Shown piece by piece: positions 8,988-18,162 of a stretch of 62,288 nt of DNA. The DNA is taken from positions 1 to 62,288 of the forward strand of contig JBBRBZ010000005.1 of the NCBI GenBank assembly GCA_038205305.1. The letters run 5' to 3'. Position 1 is the first letter of the stretch. Each line of letters starts with the position of its first letter. The position numbers and the translations under genes were made by a program. Source of the stretch: Gemmatimonadales bacterium. Lineage in GTDB: Bacteria > Gemmatimonadota > Gemmatimonadetes > Gemmatimonadales > GWC2-71-9. Below the pieces are notes generated by a model. It searched no databases, was not told where the DNA came from, and saw nothing but the letters and a program-made list of their open reading frames with translations.

Positions 8988-10360
8988 CAGACCATCTCCA
9001 CGCGGACAGAGGATTCAATCTTTTCGCGAGCAACGAGTGCCGGCCAGTACGCCACGATCTCCTCGACCTGTGGCCGTCCACCGGCGAAGCCGGTGACGCT
9101 TGGGGGGCCGGTGAGGACGAGCGGCGCGATCTCCCTGGTGAAGCGCTCCACCGATGCCCGCTCCCGTGCCCGCACTCCAACCCGGAGCATGACCTCGGCG
9201 AGATCGGGGTTGGGCGGCCCGCTAAGTCGGCCGTGGGTGGCATCCACACCGACGAACTCGGTGAGGATCTGCTCGAACTCGAGCCCCAGCGCACTGAGTC
9301 GCTTGCGCAGGATGCGATCGGCGGCACGCGCCTTGTCGTAGGCGTTGGGCCACGAGTACACCAGCGTCCCAACCGCCTTGTAGCCATAGAACCACGCGAT
9401 CGACGCCTTGAGCATGGCGGTGCGCGCACGGCCCGTGATGCCCGAGACCGCAACGCGATTCTTCCCGGCTTGCTTCACGCGGATGGAGGTGAAGTCCGCG
9501 ACGCAGTCGGGCGTGATGTAGTTGGTGGGATCACCCATCTCGTATACCAGTTGTTCCGAGACCGACGCCACGTTGACGATCCCACCGGTGCCGGGGTGCT
9601 TGGTCACCACGAAGGTGCCATCGGCCTTCACCTCGACCAGCGGAAAGCCGACATCCTCGAGGCGCGGCACCTGGCGCCAGTGCTTCAGCAGGTTTCCGCC
9701 CGAGCTCTGCGCGCCACACTCGATGATGTGCCCGGCGATCGTCCCCGCCGCCATCAGGTCCCAGTTGTCCGGCGACCAGCCGAATTCGTGGACGAGGGGC
9801 CCAAGCGTGAGACCGGTGTCGGTGACACGGCCGGTGATCACGATGTTGGCCCCGCGTTCGAGCGCCTCGACCACCGGCGCCATGCCGAGATAGGCGTTGG
9901 CGGCGCGCACATGGGCGCGGACATCGCTGAGCGGCCGCCCGCTGTCCATGCTCGCGAAGGGTTCCCCGGCAGCGGTCATGGTATCCAGGCGATCCATCAG
10001 GTCATCACCCAGCACCAGTCCGATGCGCACCCGGTCACCGAGCCCAAGGCGATCGGCTGCGGCTCGTACCGCCTCCGCGCATGCCCGAGGATTCACGCCC
10101 CCGGCGTTGGAGATCACCTTGACGCCCTTGTCAGCAATGTCCGGAAGAATTCGCTCGACTTGGGTCACAAAGTCCCTGGCGTACCCCATTGCCGGATCGC
10201 GGGAACGCTGTTTCTGCAGGATCGACATGGTGACTTCGGCGAGATAGTCGAGCATGAGATAGTCGATCGTGCCGCCCTTCACCTGCCGCACGGGCGCCTC
10301 GAGCCAATCGCCCCAGAAGCCCTGCCCCGCTGCGACCCGTACCACCCTATTGGTGCTCAC
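8987..10360 (-). CDS. Acyclic terpene utilization AtuA family protein (DUF1446)
   Basis: GQGFWGD, DYLAEVTM, NAGGVNP, GHIIECGAQSSGGN. GTG start overlaps the upstream stop. Confidence 0.88.
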   Translation of the reverse strand: MSTNRVVRVAAGQGFWGDWLEAPVRQVKGGTIDYLMLDYLAEVTMSILQKQRSRDPAMGYARDFVTQVERILPDIADKGVKVISNAGGVNPRACAEAVRAAADRLGLGDRVRIGLVLGDDLMDRLDTMTAAGEPFASMDSGRPLSDVRAHVRAANAYLGMAPVVEALERGANIVITGRVTDTGLTLGPLVHEFGWSPDNWDLMAAGTIAGHIIECGAQSSGGNLLKHWRQVPRLEDVGFPLVEVKADGTFVVTKHPGTGGIVNVASVSEQLVYEMGDPTNYITPDCVADFTSIRVKQAGKNRVAVSGITGRARTAMLKASIAWFYGYKAVGTLVYSWPNAYDKARAADRILRKRLSALGLEFEQILTEFVGVDATHGRLSGPPNPDLAEVMLRVGVRARERASVERFTREIAPLVLTGPPSVTGFAGGRPQVEEIVAYWPALVAREKIESSVRVEMV

Positions 10361-13164
10361 TGCGTTCCCCCAGCGTCGACGCGCAGGTGCACCTGTCGCG
10401 TCCAAATGTGATCTTCGCCTTCGAGGCCCACGAGAATCAGGAGCGGCTCGAATCCGCCGGGCATCACGATCGGCAGTCGGCCGAGCGGAAAGCGCTCATC
10501 GCGCGTGGCGCTCGGGGGCAACGGTCGCACCGAGCTCCCGCCCTCATCCAACGTGATGGGTTTGTCCACCAGGAATCGCACACTCAGCGCAAGCGACCAG
10601 GCATGCGACCCGCTCGCATCGGCAAACCCCGGCGCCAGCAGCACCACCAGTGAATCGCCATGCAGCGCGACGGGCAACTCCGCCCCGGTGCGGCCGAAGG
10701 CGTAGTTCAACGGGCCGGTCCCAAGCTGGACACCGTGCCGATCCTGCAGGGTGACCCCGAAGTCGGTGTAGCGCGACCAGACCTCTCGGGGCATCCGTGT
10801 ATCGACGAGCACCCGGCTCGCCCAGATGGGAACCGGAAACGCCACCCGAAGCGGGGTGTCGTCGGCTTCAGCGACTGTGGTGTCCCGTGCCGCCCCGATC
10901 AGCCCTGCCCGAAGGCGCAACGACACGGGCGCATTCACCAAGCTCGTCGCGAGGACATGCAGCGTATCGTGAACCACCCGGGCGCCAAGCCTGACTGGAG
11001 AACGGCGCACGGTGACGACGGCCCGCTCTCCTCGACCGGGAGTCGACGTCGCGTCGATTTCGTAGAGCCCGTGAACCACGTCTTCCGCCGAGAGCTCAAA
11101 GAGTGCGGCGCCGTCTCCGAATCCGGCTGGTGACCCGGCGCCATCGCGGAACGGCATGCCGCTCGGTTCGCTGAGCATGGCGAGAACCTGCGCGCCGGTC
11201 TTGGTCGTCGCCACTTCGATCTGGATGCCGCGCCCCGTGTCGGCGGGGATGAAGCGCCTCCCGGTGCCGCCGCCAAGCACGTCGAACGTGTCGGCATAGG
11301 TTCGAGCGAGCGCAGAGATCGGGACCACCACCGTGACCGGGATGGTTGCGAGCGCGCCAAGGCTCTCGTCGCCGGTCTCCACGCGAATGGTGCCAGCGAG
11401 GACCCCCGCCTTCCCCCAGAGCGCAGGATCGACCGTCACCTCGAAGCGGGCCGTGCCCGAGGCGAGTGTTACAGTGGCTGGCACCTGGATCCACTTCGCG
11501 CTGGGTTGCAGCCGGAGGGTGAGCGGTGCCACGCCGTCAAGGCGCCGGATGGTCACGGTGGCGACATTGCGAACCGTCGTGCCCGGCGGGGGCACCGGGT
11601 CGCCCGCGGGCGGCGTCACGACGAACACGGCCCCTCTGCCGCGCACCGCGCCGACGTCCACGGCGAGCGACGGGACGACATGCGGCGCGTCGAGCCACTT
11701 CCAGGCGGCGACCAGGTCAGGAGTCCCGGCACCAGACTCGACCGGCGTGGTGGCAATCACGGGGCGCGCCGAGATGCGGAGCGCCTGCTTGATGATGTAC
11801 GCCGGGATGGTCCGCTTCTGGTCGAGCGCGGCGGAGAGCAGTCGCGCCACCAATCCCGCCGCGTAGGGCGCGGCCATGCTGGTGCCGCTCTCCTGTTCTT
11901 GCCCCACGGCGAAATTCGGGACGCTCGAATAGGCGACCCCTGGCACGGCGAAGTCCGGCGCGGCGATCTCCGCGCCCCGACTCGAGAATGTCGCGAGTGG
12001 CGACGGCAGCGAATCGTCGGGCACGGCACCGTTGAAGACGCGGGGCTCGGTAGCTCCGATCGAGAAGACGCGGGAGGCGCTGCCCGGGAAGCCGATGGTG
12101 CTCAACCCCGGGCCATCGTTCGACGACGACACCGTCATGACGACATCGGGATGCACGGCGAGGATCGAATCAACGATCGCATCGATGCGAGCCGTGCCTT
12201 CGATCTCGTTGCCGACACCGAACGAGAGATTCACCACGAGTGGCATCTGGCGCGCAGTCGCAAACTCGATGGCGTAGGCCAGGGCCTTTGCGATGGACCC
12301 GGTCACGGTGATGCCGGACTCGGCGTCATTGGCAATCTTGAGCCCGATGAGCTTTGCGCCAGGAGCCACGCCGTCAAAGCCGGCGACGCCGTAGAGATTG
12401 TGCCCCGAGGCGATGCCACTGACGTGCGTGCCGTGACTGCTGGTGTCGAAGAAAAGATCGAGCAGCGGCACCCCTGCCGAGTCCGACAGATTCACGGCGA
12501 GCTGGACGGCCGTCGGGTGCCCTCCGGCGTTCCATCCGAACGACTCGTGCGCCACGCTGAAGTCGTACAGCGGGTGATCGTTCGCGAGAGTGCCGTCCTC
12601 CTGCGTGTCGGCGAAGAGCGCCCATCCCGAAGGTCCCCGCACCACGACCACGGAGAGCGAATCATCGGCCTTGCCGTTGCCGTCAAGATCGGAAGCCGGC
12701 GGCGCACCCAGTGGCAGCTCCGCCAGCGCCCCACCCCAGATCGTCCTGCTTCCCGACAGGGCCGCGACGGATGACGCGCCCAGCAGACGATGCCCACCGA
12801 TGAAGAGCGTGTCACCGTGCCGTTCGATCGGCCGGAGCAGCACGCGTCCCTCGTGGGAGAAGTCGCGGAGGTCGAGGATCTTCGGCGCCCCGTCGCTGGT
12901 GGTCTGCAGGCCGGCGATCGAGGGATCGACGCCACTGTCGAGGATCGCGATCAGGACACCCCGTCCATCCCATGCCGGGTGCGCGGCGGCGAAGCGATCC
13001 ACGCCGGCGTCCTTGAGCGCGATGAACCCCCGGTGATAGGCCTCAACGGGCGGGAGTGCTCGACGACTCGAGTCCACGGCCGTGGCGGGTGGTATGACGC
13101 CTTGAGCTCCGAGCGGGAGCGCGCCGAGCAGCAGCGCCAACGGTACCAGACGTCCCAACATCAC
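10357..13164 (-). CDS. Secreted S8 serine peptidase, tripeptidyl-peptidase II/pyrolysin-like
   Basis: Signal peptide; catalytic triad in ILDSG, HGTHVSG, GTSMAAP; long insert between Asp and His. Confidence 0.85.
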   Translation of the reverse strand: MMLGRLVPLALLLGALPLGAQGVIPPATAVDSSRRALPPVEAYHRGFIALKDAGVDRFAAAHPAWDGRGVLIAILDSGVDPSIAGLQTTSDGAPKILDLRDFSHEGRVLLRPIERHGDTLFIGGHRLLGASSVAALSGSRTIWGGALAELPLGAPPASDLDGNGKADDSLSVVVVRGPSGWALFADTQEDGTLANDHPLYDFSVAHESFGWNAGGHPTAVQLAVNLSDSAGVPLLDLFFDTSSHGTHVSGIASGHNLYGVAGFDGVAPGAKLIGLKIANDAESGITVTGSIAKALAYAIEFATARQMPLVVNLSFGVGNEIEGTARIDAIVDSILAVHPDVVMTVSSSNDGPGLSTIGFPGSASRVFSIGATEPRVFNGAVPDDSLPSPLATFSSRGAEIAAPDFAVPGVAYSSVPNFAVGQEQESGTSMAAPYAAGLVARLLSAALDQKRTIPAYIIKQALRISARPVIATTPVESGAGTPDLVAAWKWLDAPHVVPSLAVDVGAVRGRGAVFVVTPPAGDPVPPPGTTVRNVATVTIRRLDGVAPLTLRLQPSAKWIQVPATVTLASGTARFEVTVDPALWGKAGVLAGTIRVETGDESLGALATIPVTVVVPISALARTYADTFDVLGGGTGRRFIPADTGRGIQIEVATTKTGAQVLAMLSEPSGMPFRDGAGSPAGFGDGAALFELSAEDVVHGLYEIDATSTPGRGERAVVTVRRSPVRLGARVVHDTLHVLATSLVNAPVSLRLRAGLIGAARDTTVAEADDTPLRVAFPVPIWASRVLVDTRMPREVWSRYTDFGVTLQDRHGVQLGTGPLNYAFGRTGAELPVALHGDSLVVLLAPGFADASGSHAWSLALSVRFLVDKPITLDEGGSSVRPLPPSATRDERFPLGRLPIVMPGGFEPLLILVGLEGEDHIWTRQVHLRVDAGGTQ

Positions 13165-14813
13165 ACGCCGATCCCGAGGCCGGCGCGCGCATCGAGCACA
13201 AAGGGCCCGAGGTGCGGTCCGTCATTGTTGGCGGCGACGCGCAGGAGCAGGGCGAGCGTGTCGCGCGTCTCCTCCGGCGTGATGATGGCGTCGACGAACC
13301 CCCGCGCGGCGGCGAAGCGCGCGTCGAGCTGCTGGTCGTAGTCGGTGCGCATGCTGTCCATCGCCGCCGTGGTGGCCGGGTCGAGTGGCTGCTGGGCGGC
13401 CCGGGCCTTCTCAATCGCTCCGCTGTGCACGGCCATCACCGCGGCCTCGCCTTCCATCACTGCCATCCGGCCCGTGGGCCAGGAGAGAATGAAGTCGGGA
13501 TCGAACCCCTGCCCCGCCATGGCGTAGTAACCGGCGCCCGACGCATGGTTGACGGTGAGCACGATCTTGGGCACAAAGGTGGTGGCCATGGCCTCGACGA
13601 ACTGGGCGCCAGCACGAATGATCCCCTCGTGCTCCGCCTCCGGACCCACCATGAACCCGCTCACATCCTGGATGAAGAGAATCGGCACGCGCTCCCGATT
13701 CGCCGTCTCGATGAAATAGGCCACCTTCTCTGCGCTCTCCGCGTAGACGATGCCACCGAAGCGTGGGCGAGCCTGGCTTTCGGTCTTGATGATCCCGCGC
13801 TGATTGGCAATGACGGCCACCGGCCGCCCCTCGATGCGAGCGTGACCACACAGCATCTCGCCGGCGCGGTCCGGCTGGAACTCATCAAACGCGCCGTCGT
13901 CGAGGATGCAGTCCAGCACCTCGCGCATGTTGTAGGAAAGCCGGTGGTCGTGCGGAAGCAGATCGTACAGGGTGGTCGGGTCGATCTTGGGAGGGCGCGG
14001 AGCAGTGACTGCCTGCACCGTCACGGCGGGCCGCGGGAGGCGCGCGACGTATTCGCGCATCCGTTCGAGACACTCGATGTCGTTGGCTGCGCGGTAGTGC
14101 GCCACGCCGCTTCGCGCCGTATGGGTCTTTGCGCCGCCCAGCGATTCGGCGTCCACCACCTGCCCCGTCGCCCCCTTGACCAGATTGGGGCCACCAAGCC
14201 CCATGAAGGAGGTGCCCTCCACCATGAAGATCACGTCGGAGAGGGCGGGCAGGTACGCACCCCCCGCGACGCAACTGCCCATCACCGCGGCGATCTGCGG
14301 CACATGGAGGTAGCGCCGCATGATCGAGTTGTAGTAGAAGATGCGCGCCGCGCCGTACTGCCCTGGAAAGACGCCACCCTGGTAGGGAAGGTTCACGCCG
14401 GCGGAGTCGACGAGGTAGAGAATGGGGATCCGCTCGCGCATCGCGATCTCCTGCGCGCGGAGGATCTTGGTGATCGTTTCCGGCCACCACGAGCCGGCCT
14501 TGACGGTCGCGTCGTTCGCCACGACCACGACCTCCCGCCCCGACACGTCGCCCACGCCAGTGATCACCCCGGCCGACGGTGCCTCCCCATCGTACCGATC
14601 GTAGGCCACCAACAGGCCCACCTCAAGCCACGGCGCGCCGGGATCCAGCAACCGCTCCACCCGTTCCCGTGGCGACAGCTGCCCCTTGTCGTGCATCTTG
14701 GCGACGCGCTTTGCCCCGCCACCGCGCCGAAGGCGCTCGGCCAGCTCGAGGTATTCCTCGGTCAGTCCCCGGAGTCGTGACGTGCGCGGTGTCTCGATGG
14801 AATCGGCAGACAT
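13161..14813 (-). CDS. Acyl-CoA carboxylase carboxyltransferase subunit (3-methylcrotonyl-CoA carboxylase beta-like)
   Basis: ANDATVKAG, LVDSAG, GSCVAGGAY, GFMVG, GAGYYAMAG. Confidence 0.88.
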   Translation of the reverse strand: MSADSIETPRTSRLRGLTEEYLELAERLRRGGGAKRVAKMHDKGQLSPRERVERLLDPGAPWLEVGLLVAYDRYDGEAPSAGVITGVGDVSGREVVVVANDATVKAGSWWPETITKILRAQEIAMRERIPILYLVDSAGVNLPYQGGVFPGQYGAARIFYYNSIMRRYLHVPQIAAVMGSCVAGGAYLPALSDVIFMVEGTSFMGLGGPNLVKGATGQVVDAESLGGAKTHTARSGVAHYRAANDIECLERMREYVARLPRPAVTVQAVTAPRPPKIDPTTLYDLLPHDHRLSYNMREVLDCILDDGAFDEFQPDRAGEMLCGHARIEGRPVAVIANQRGIIKTESQARPRFGGIVYAESAEKVAYFIETANRERVPILFIQDVSGFMVGPEAEHEGIIRAGAQFVEAMATTFVPKIVLTVNHASGAGYYAMAGQGFDPDFILSWPTGRMAVMEGEAAVMAVHSGAIEKARAAQQPLDPATTAAMDSMRTDYDQQLDARFAAARGFVDAIITPEETRDTLALLLRVAANNDGPHLGPFVLDARAGLGIGV

Positions 14814-14820
14814 CAACGCC

Positions 14821-15255
14821 TCAGCTGCTCAGGTGCGTGCGCGCCCATTCCTGGACATACGTCACCAGCGCCGTCGTCGGCGTCCCCGGACCGAACAGCT
14901 GGCCCATTCCTTTTTCCTGCAAGGCCACGACGTCCTCCTGGGGAATGATGCCCCCGCCGGTGACGAGGATGTCGGGGCGGCCCATTTCGGTGAGCAGGTC
15001 GCGTACCCGCGGGAAGAGCGTCATGTGCGCCCCCGAGAGAATCGACAGGCCAACCACATCGACGTCTTCCTGCACGGCGGCCGTCGCGATCATCTCCGGG
15101 GTCTGATGCAACCCGGTGTAGATCACCTCCATGCCGGCGTCCCGCAACGCGGCGGCCACGACCTTGGCACCACGGTCATGTCCGTCGAGTCCCGGCTTGG
15201 CCACCAGCACGCGGATGGGTCGAGTGAGCGGTGGTGCATCTGCGACTGCCATCAT
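14821..15255 (-). CDS. Acyl-CoA mutase cobalamin-binding small subunit (IcmB-like)
   Basis: [13 protein letters not shown] (DxHxxG), SILSGAH, GGIIP. Confidence 0.92.
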   Translation of the reverse strand: MMAVADAPPLTRPIRVLVAKPGLDGHDRGAKVVAAALRDAGMEVIYTGLHQTPEMIATAAVQEDVDVVGLSILSGAHMTLFPRVRDLLTEMGRPDILVTGGGIIPQEDVVALQEKGMGQLFGPGTPTTALVTYVQEWARTHLSS

Positions 15256-15296
15256 GTGGACTTCCCTTCCAGACGGTGAAGGTCGACGAACCGGGC

Positions 15297-16451
15297 TCAC
15301 TTGAAGCGGAGCAACCCCGCCAAGCCATCGATCGCCTTGGCCGCCTCGGCGGACCACGTGACGTCGAGCGCGACATGCTGGCGCAGCGCCTCTTCGATGG
15401 CGTCATCGATCACATCGAGCGAGGGAACCACCTCGCCGTCTTCCCGGAGGTCGCGGGCAAGGGTCGAGAGTCGGCCAGTGTTCATGGAGCGGAAACCCGG
15501 GATCACAGCCTCACCCTGGACGAGCAACAGCCTCACCTGACCTTGCGAAAGCGACTTCAGCGTCTCGCGGATACCATTCACTGCCCAGGAACTGCCCAGT
15601 CCTTCGGCCAGTTCCTCGATGTGCCGGGTCTCGGAGGCGCGGAGGTGCTGCTCCCGGACTTCCATGGTGAGCTCATGCACGGCGGCGGCGGTCGCATCCT
15701 TCGGCGCAAGGCGCGCCAGACCGATGAGGCGATCGGCGATGTAGTTGTGCAGGAACGGTTCCAGTGCGGCAGCGTCGCTGCCACCACCCGTGATGACGAT
15801 CTGGTGCCCGGGGGACATCCGGTCGAGATCGAAGAGGGCGCGCGCCACGCGTTCCAAGTGCCGTCGACGCTCGTCACGAATCCGGTTGTGGAAGCTGTGT
15901 TCACCCGTGGCATCGGCCCGGGCTCCGCGACCGTGGTAGCGGCCGCCACGCGTCACCTCGGTCTCGACCTTCTCGACCACCTTGGCATCGAACGCAGTCA
16001 CTTCCCAGATGAGCGCACTCGCGCGGTCCATCGTCACGGTGAAGAGCCGCCCGAACTCCTCTTCGCTCGCCGCCAATTCGCGCACCAGCGGCGTGCGGTC
16101 GACGACGAGCCGGGAGCGATGGACGCGAGGCAGCGGCCGCACTTCGAAGAGCCCAAGGGACTTCGAGGCAAACAGCGCGACGCCCTGCGTACCGGGAAGG
16201 TGATTGGCATCGGCGAGGTACGTCACGATGCGTGCGATATCGGCGCGAATCTGTTCCTGTCGCGGCTTGTCCCAGCCGAGCGATGGGAGCGAATACTCCA
16301 GCGCCTTTACGCGGTTCTTGAGCTTGGTGAGGTAACGACCGCGCGCGCGGTCGCGCGATTCCAGCTTGAGGTAGCAGGTCACCACGGGATCGCTGCCGGG
16401 CTTCATCCGGAGCAGGTCGCGATCGCTGGTGGGCTTGCGGGCAGTGGCCAT
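15297..16451 (-). CDS. Bacterial eRF1/aRF1-superfamily (baeRF) protein lacking GGQ
   Basis: VVTCYL...GVALFAS N-domain; RNase-H-like middle domain ([11 protein letters not shown]); L7Ae-like C-domain (AVNGIRETL...GQVRLLLV...GLAGLLRF). Confidence 0.75.
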   Translation of the reverse strand: MATARKPTSDRDLLRMKPGSDPVVTCYLKLESRDRARGRYLTKLKNRVKALEYSLPSLGWDKPRQEQIRADIARIVTYLADANHLPGTQGVALFASKSLGLFEVRPLPRVHRSRLVVDRTPLVRELAASEEEFGRLFTVTMDRASALIWEVTAFDAKVVEKVETEVTRGGRYHGRGARADATGEHSFHNRIRDERRRHLERVARALFDLDRMSPGHQIVITGGGSDAAALEPFLHNYIADRLIGLARLAPKDATAAAVHELTMEVREQHLRASETRHIEELAEGLGSSWAVNGIRETLKSLSQGQVRLLLVQGEAVIPGFRSMNTGRLSTLARDLREDGEVVPSLDVIDDAIEEALRQHVALDVTWSAEAAKAIDGLAGLLRFK

Positions 16452-16464
16452 GGTGATCTCGGTT

Positions 16465-18162
16465 CTAGAAGAAGACAGGTTCGCGGTACGCGCCCCAGAC
16501 GGACTCGAGCTCGTGCCGGATTTCAAACAGCGTACAGTACACTCGCGCGCAGTCGAGCATGGCGGGAATTACGTTGCGCCCCTCCCGGGCCGCGTGCTGC
16601 AACAGCTGGAGTCGCTCCGCCACCAGCGCGTCGTCGCGTGTCGCGCGCATCTCCGCCATCCGTTGGCGCTGCAGCCGCTCGGCGGATTCGTCGATCTTGA
16701 GGATCTCGATCGGTGGCTCATCCTCCTCGACGAAGGCATTCAGCCCCACCACGGTCCGGCGACCGGCTTCCACTTCTGCCTGGAAGCGGGAGGCCGACTG
16801 GGCGATTGCCCGCTGGAACCAGCCTGCCTCGATGGCCGCCACGGTTCCGCCCATGTCGGCGACCTCGGCAAAGACCGCTTCGGCCTCGGCTTCCATGCGG
16901 TCGGTCAGCGCCTCGACGAAATAGGACCCGCCGAGCGGATCGGCCACGTTGGGCACCCCTGTTTCGTACGCGAGGATTTGTTGCGTACGAAGGGCGACGC
17001 GCACGGCATGCTCGGTGGGGAGTGCCAGCGTCTCATCGAGCGCGTTGGTGTGGAGCGACTGCGCGCCCCCCAGCACCGCGGCGAGTGCCTGGTAGGCCAC
17101 GCGCACGATGTTGTTCATCGGCTGCTGCGCCGTCAGCGACACTCCGGCCGTTTGGCAGTGGAAGCGCATCTTGAGCGAACGATCATCGCGCGCGCCGTAG
17201 CGTTCCCGGAGATGCCGTGCCCAGATGCGCCGAGCCGCCCGCAACTTCGCGAGTTCCTCGAAAAAGTCGTTGTGCACGTCCCAGAAGAACGACAGCCGAG
17301 GGGCGAACTGGTCGACGTCGAGTCCGCGCGCGATGCCGCGCTCAACGTAGGTGAAACCATTCGCCAGGGTGAACGCCAACTCCTGCGCCGCAGTCGCCCC
17401 GGCCTCGCGAATGTGATAGCCGGAAATGGAGATCGAGTTCCAGGATGGCGTATGCTGGCTGGTCCACTCGAACAGGTCCACGATGAGGTTGAGCGATGGC
17501 TCCACCGGAAAGACCCAGGCGTGCTGAGCGACGAACTCCTTGAGGATGTCGTTCTGCAAGGTGCCCTGCAGCTTCCGGATGTCCACGCCCTGCTTCTCGG
17601 CCGCGGCGACGAAGAAGCAGAAGAGGATCGCCGCCGGTCCGTTGATGGTCATGGAGACGGAGACCTGATCGAGCGGAATCCCCTCGAAGAGGGTCTCCAT
17701 GTCGGCCAGGGAGGAGATCGCCACGCCACACTTGCCGACCTCCCCTTCGGACCGCGCGTGGTCGGAGTCGTAGCCCATCAGCGTCGGGAAGTCGAATGCG
17801 ACGGAGAGTCCGGTCTGGCCACGCTCGAGCAGGAACTTGTAGCGCCGGTTGGTGTCCTCCGCCGTGCCGAAGCCGGCAAACTGCCGCATGGTCCAGAGAC
17901 GACCGCGATACATGGTGGGATGGATGCCGCGAGTGAACGGATACTCCCCGGGCATCGGCTCCGGCGTGGCGAGATCGAGCGCGGAGTAGGCGGGCTCGAG
18001 TTCCCGTCCAGAGATGGTGGTGAAGTCGCTGTCCTGTCGCACTGGCAGCCCGGCGACCTTCGCCTTCCATGTCTCGAGCTCGTCACGGAGCCTTGCCACC
18101 TCAGCCTCGCGCAAGGCAAGGCGCTCCACCAGCAAGGCGTCATGTGAAGCAGTCATGGTCAT
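16465..18162 (-). CDS. B12-dependent acyl-CoA mutase large subunit, isobutyryl-CoA mutase (IcmA)-type
   Basis: PGEYPFTRG, WTMRQFAGFG, QNDILKEFVAQ, SISGYHIREAG, QSLHTNALDE. Confidence 0.88.
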   Translation of the reverse strand: MTMTASHDALLVERLALREAEVARLRDELETWKAKVAGLPVRQDSDFTTISGRELEPAYSALDLATPEPMPGEYPFTRGIHPTMYRGRLWTMRQFAGFGTAEDTNRRYKFLLERGQTGLSVAFDFPTLMGYDSDHARSEGEVGKCGVAISSLADMETLFEGIPLDQVSVSMTINGPAAILFCFFVAAAEKQGVDIRKLQGTLQNDILKEFVAQHAWVFPVEPSLNLIVDLFEWTSQHTPSWNSISISGYHIREAGATAAQELAFTLANGFTYVERGIARGLDVDQFAPRLSFFWDVHNDFFEELAKLRAARRIWARHLRERYGARDDRSLKMRFHCQTAGVSLTAQQPMNNIVRVAYQALAAVLGGAQSLHTNALDETLALPTEHAVRVALRTQQILAYETGVPNVADPLGGSYFVEALTDRMEAEAEAVFAEVADMGGTVAAIEAGWFQRAIAQSASRFQAEVEAGRRTVVGLNAFVEEDEPPIEILKIDESAERLQRQRMAEMRATRDDALVAERLQLLQHAAREGRNVIPAMLDCARVYCTLFEIRHELESVWGAYREPVFF

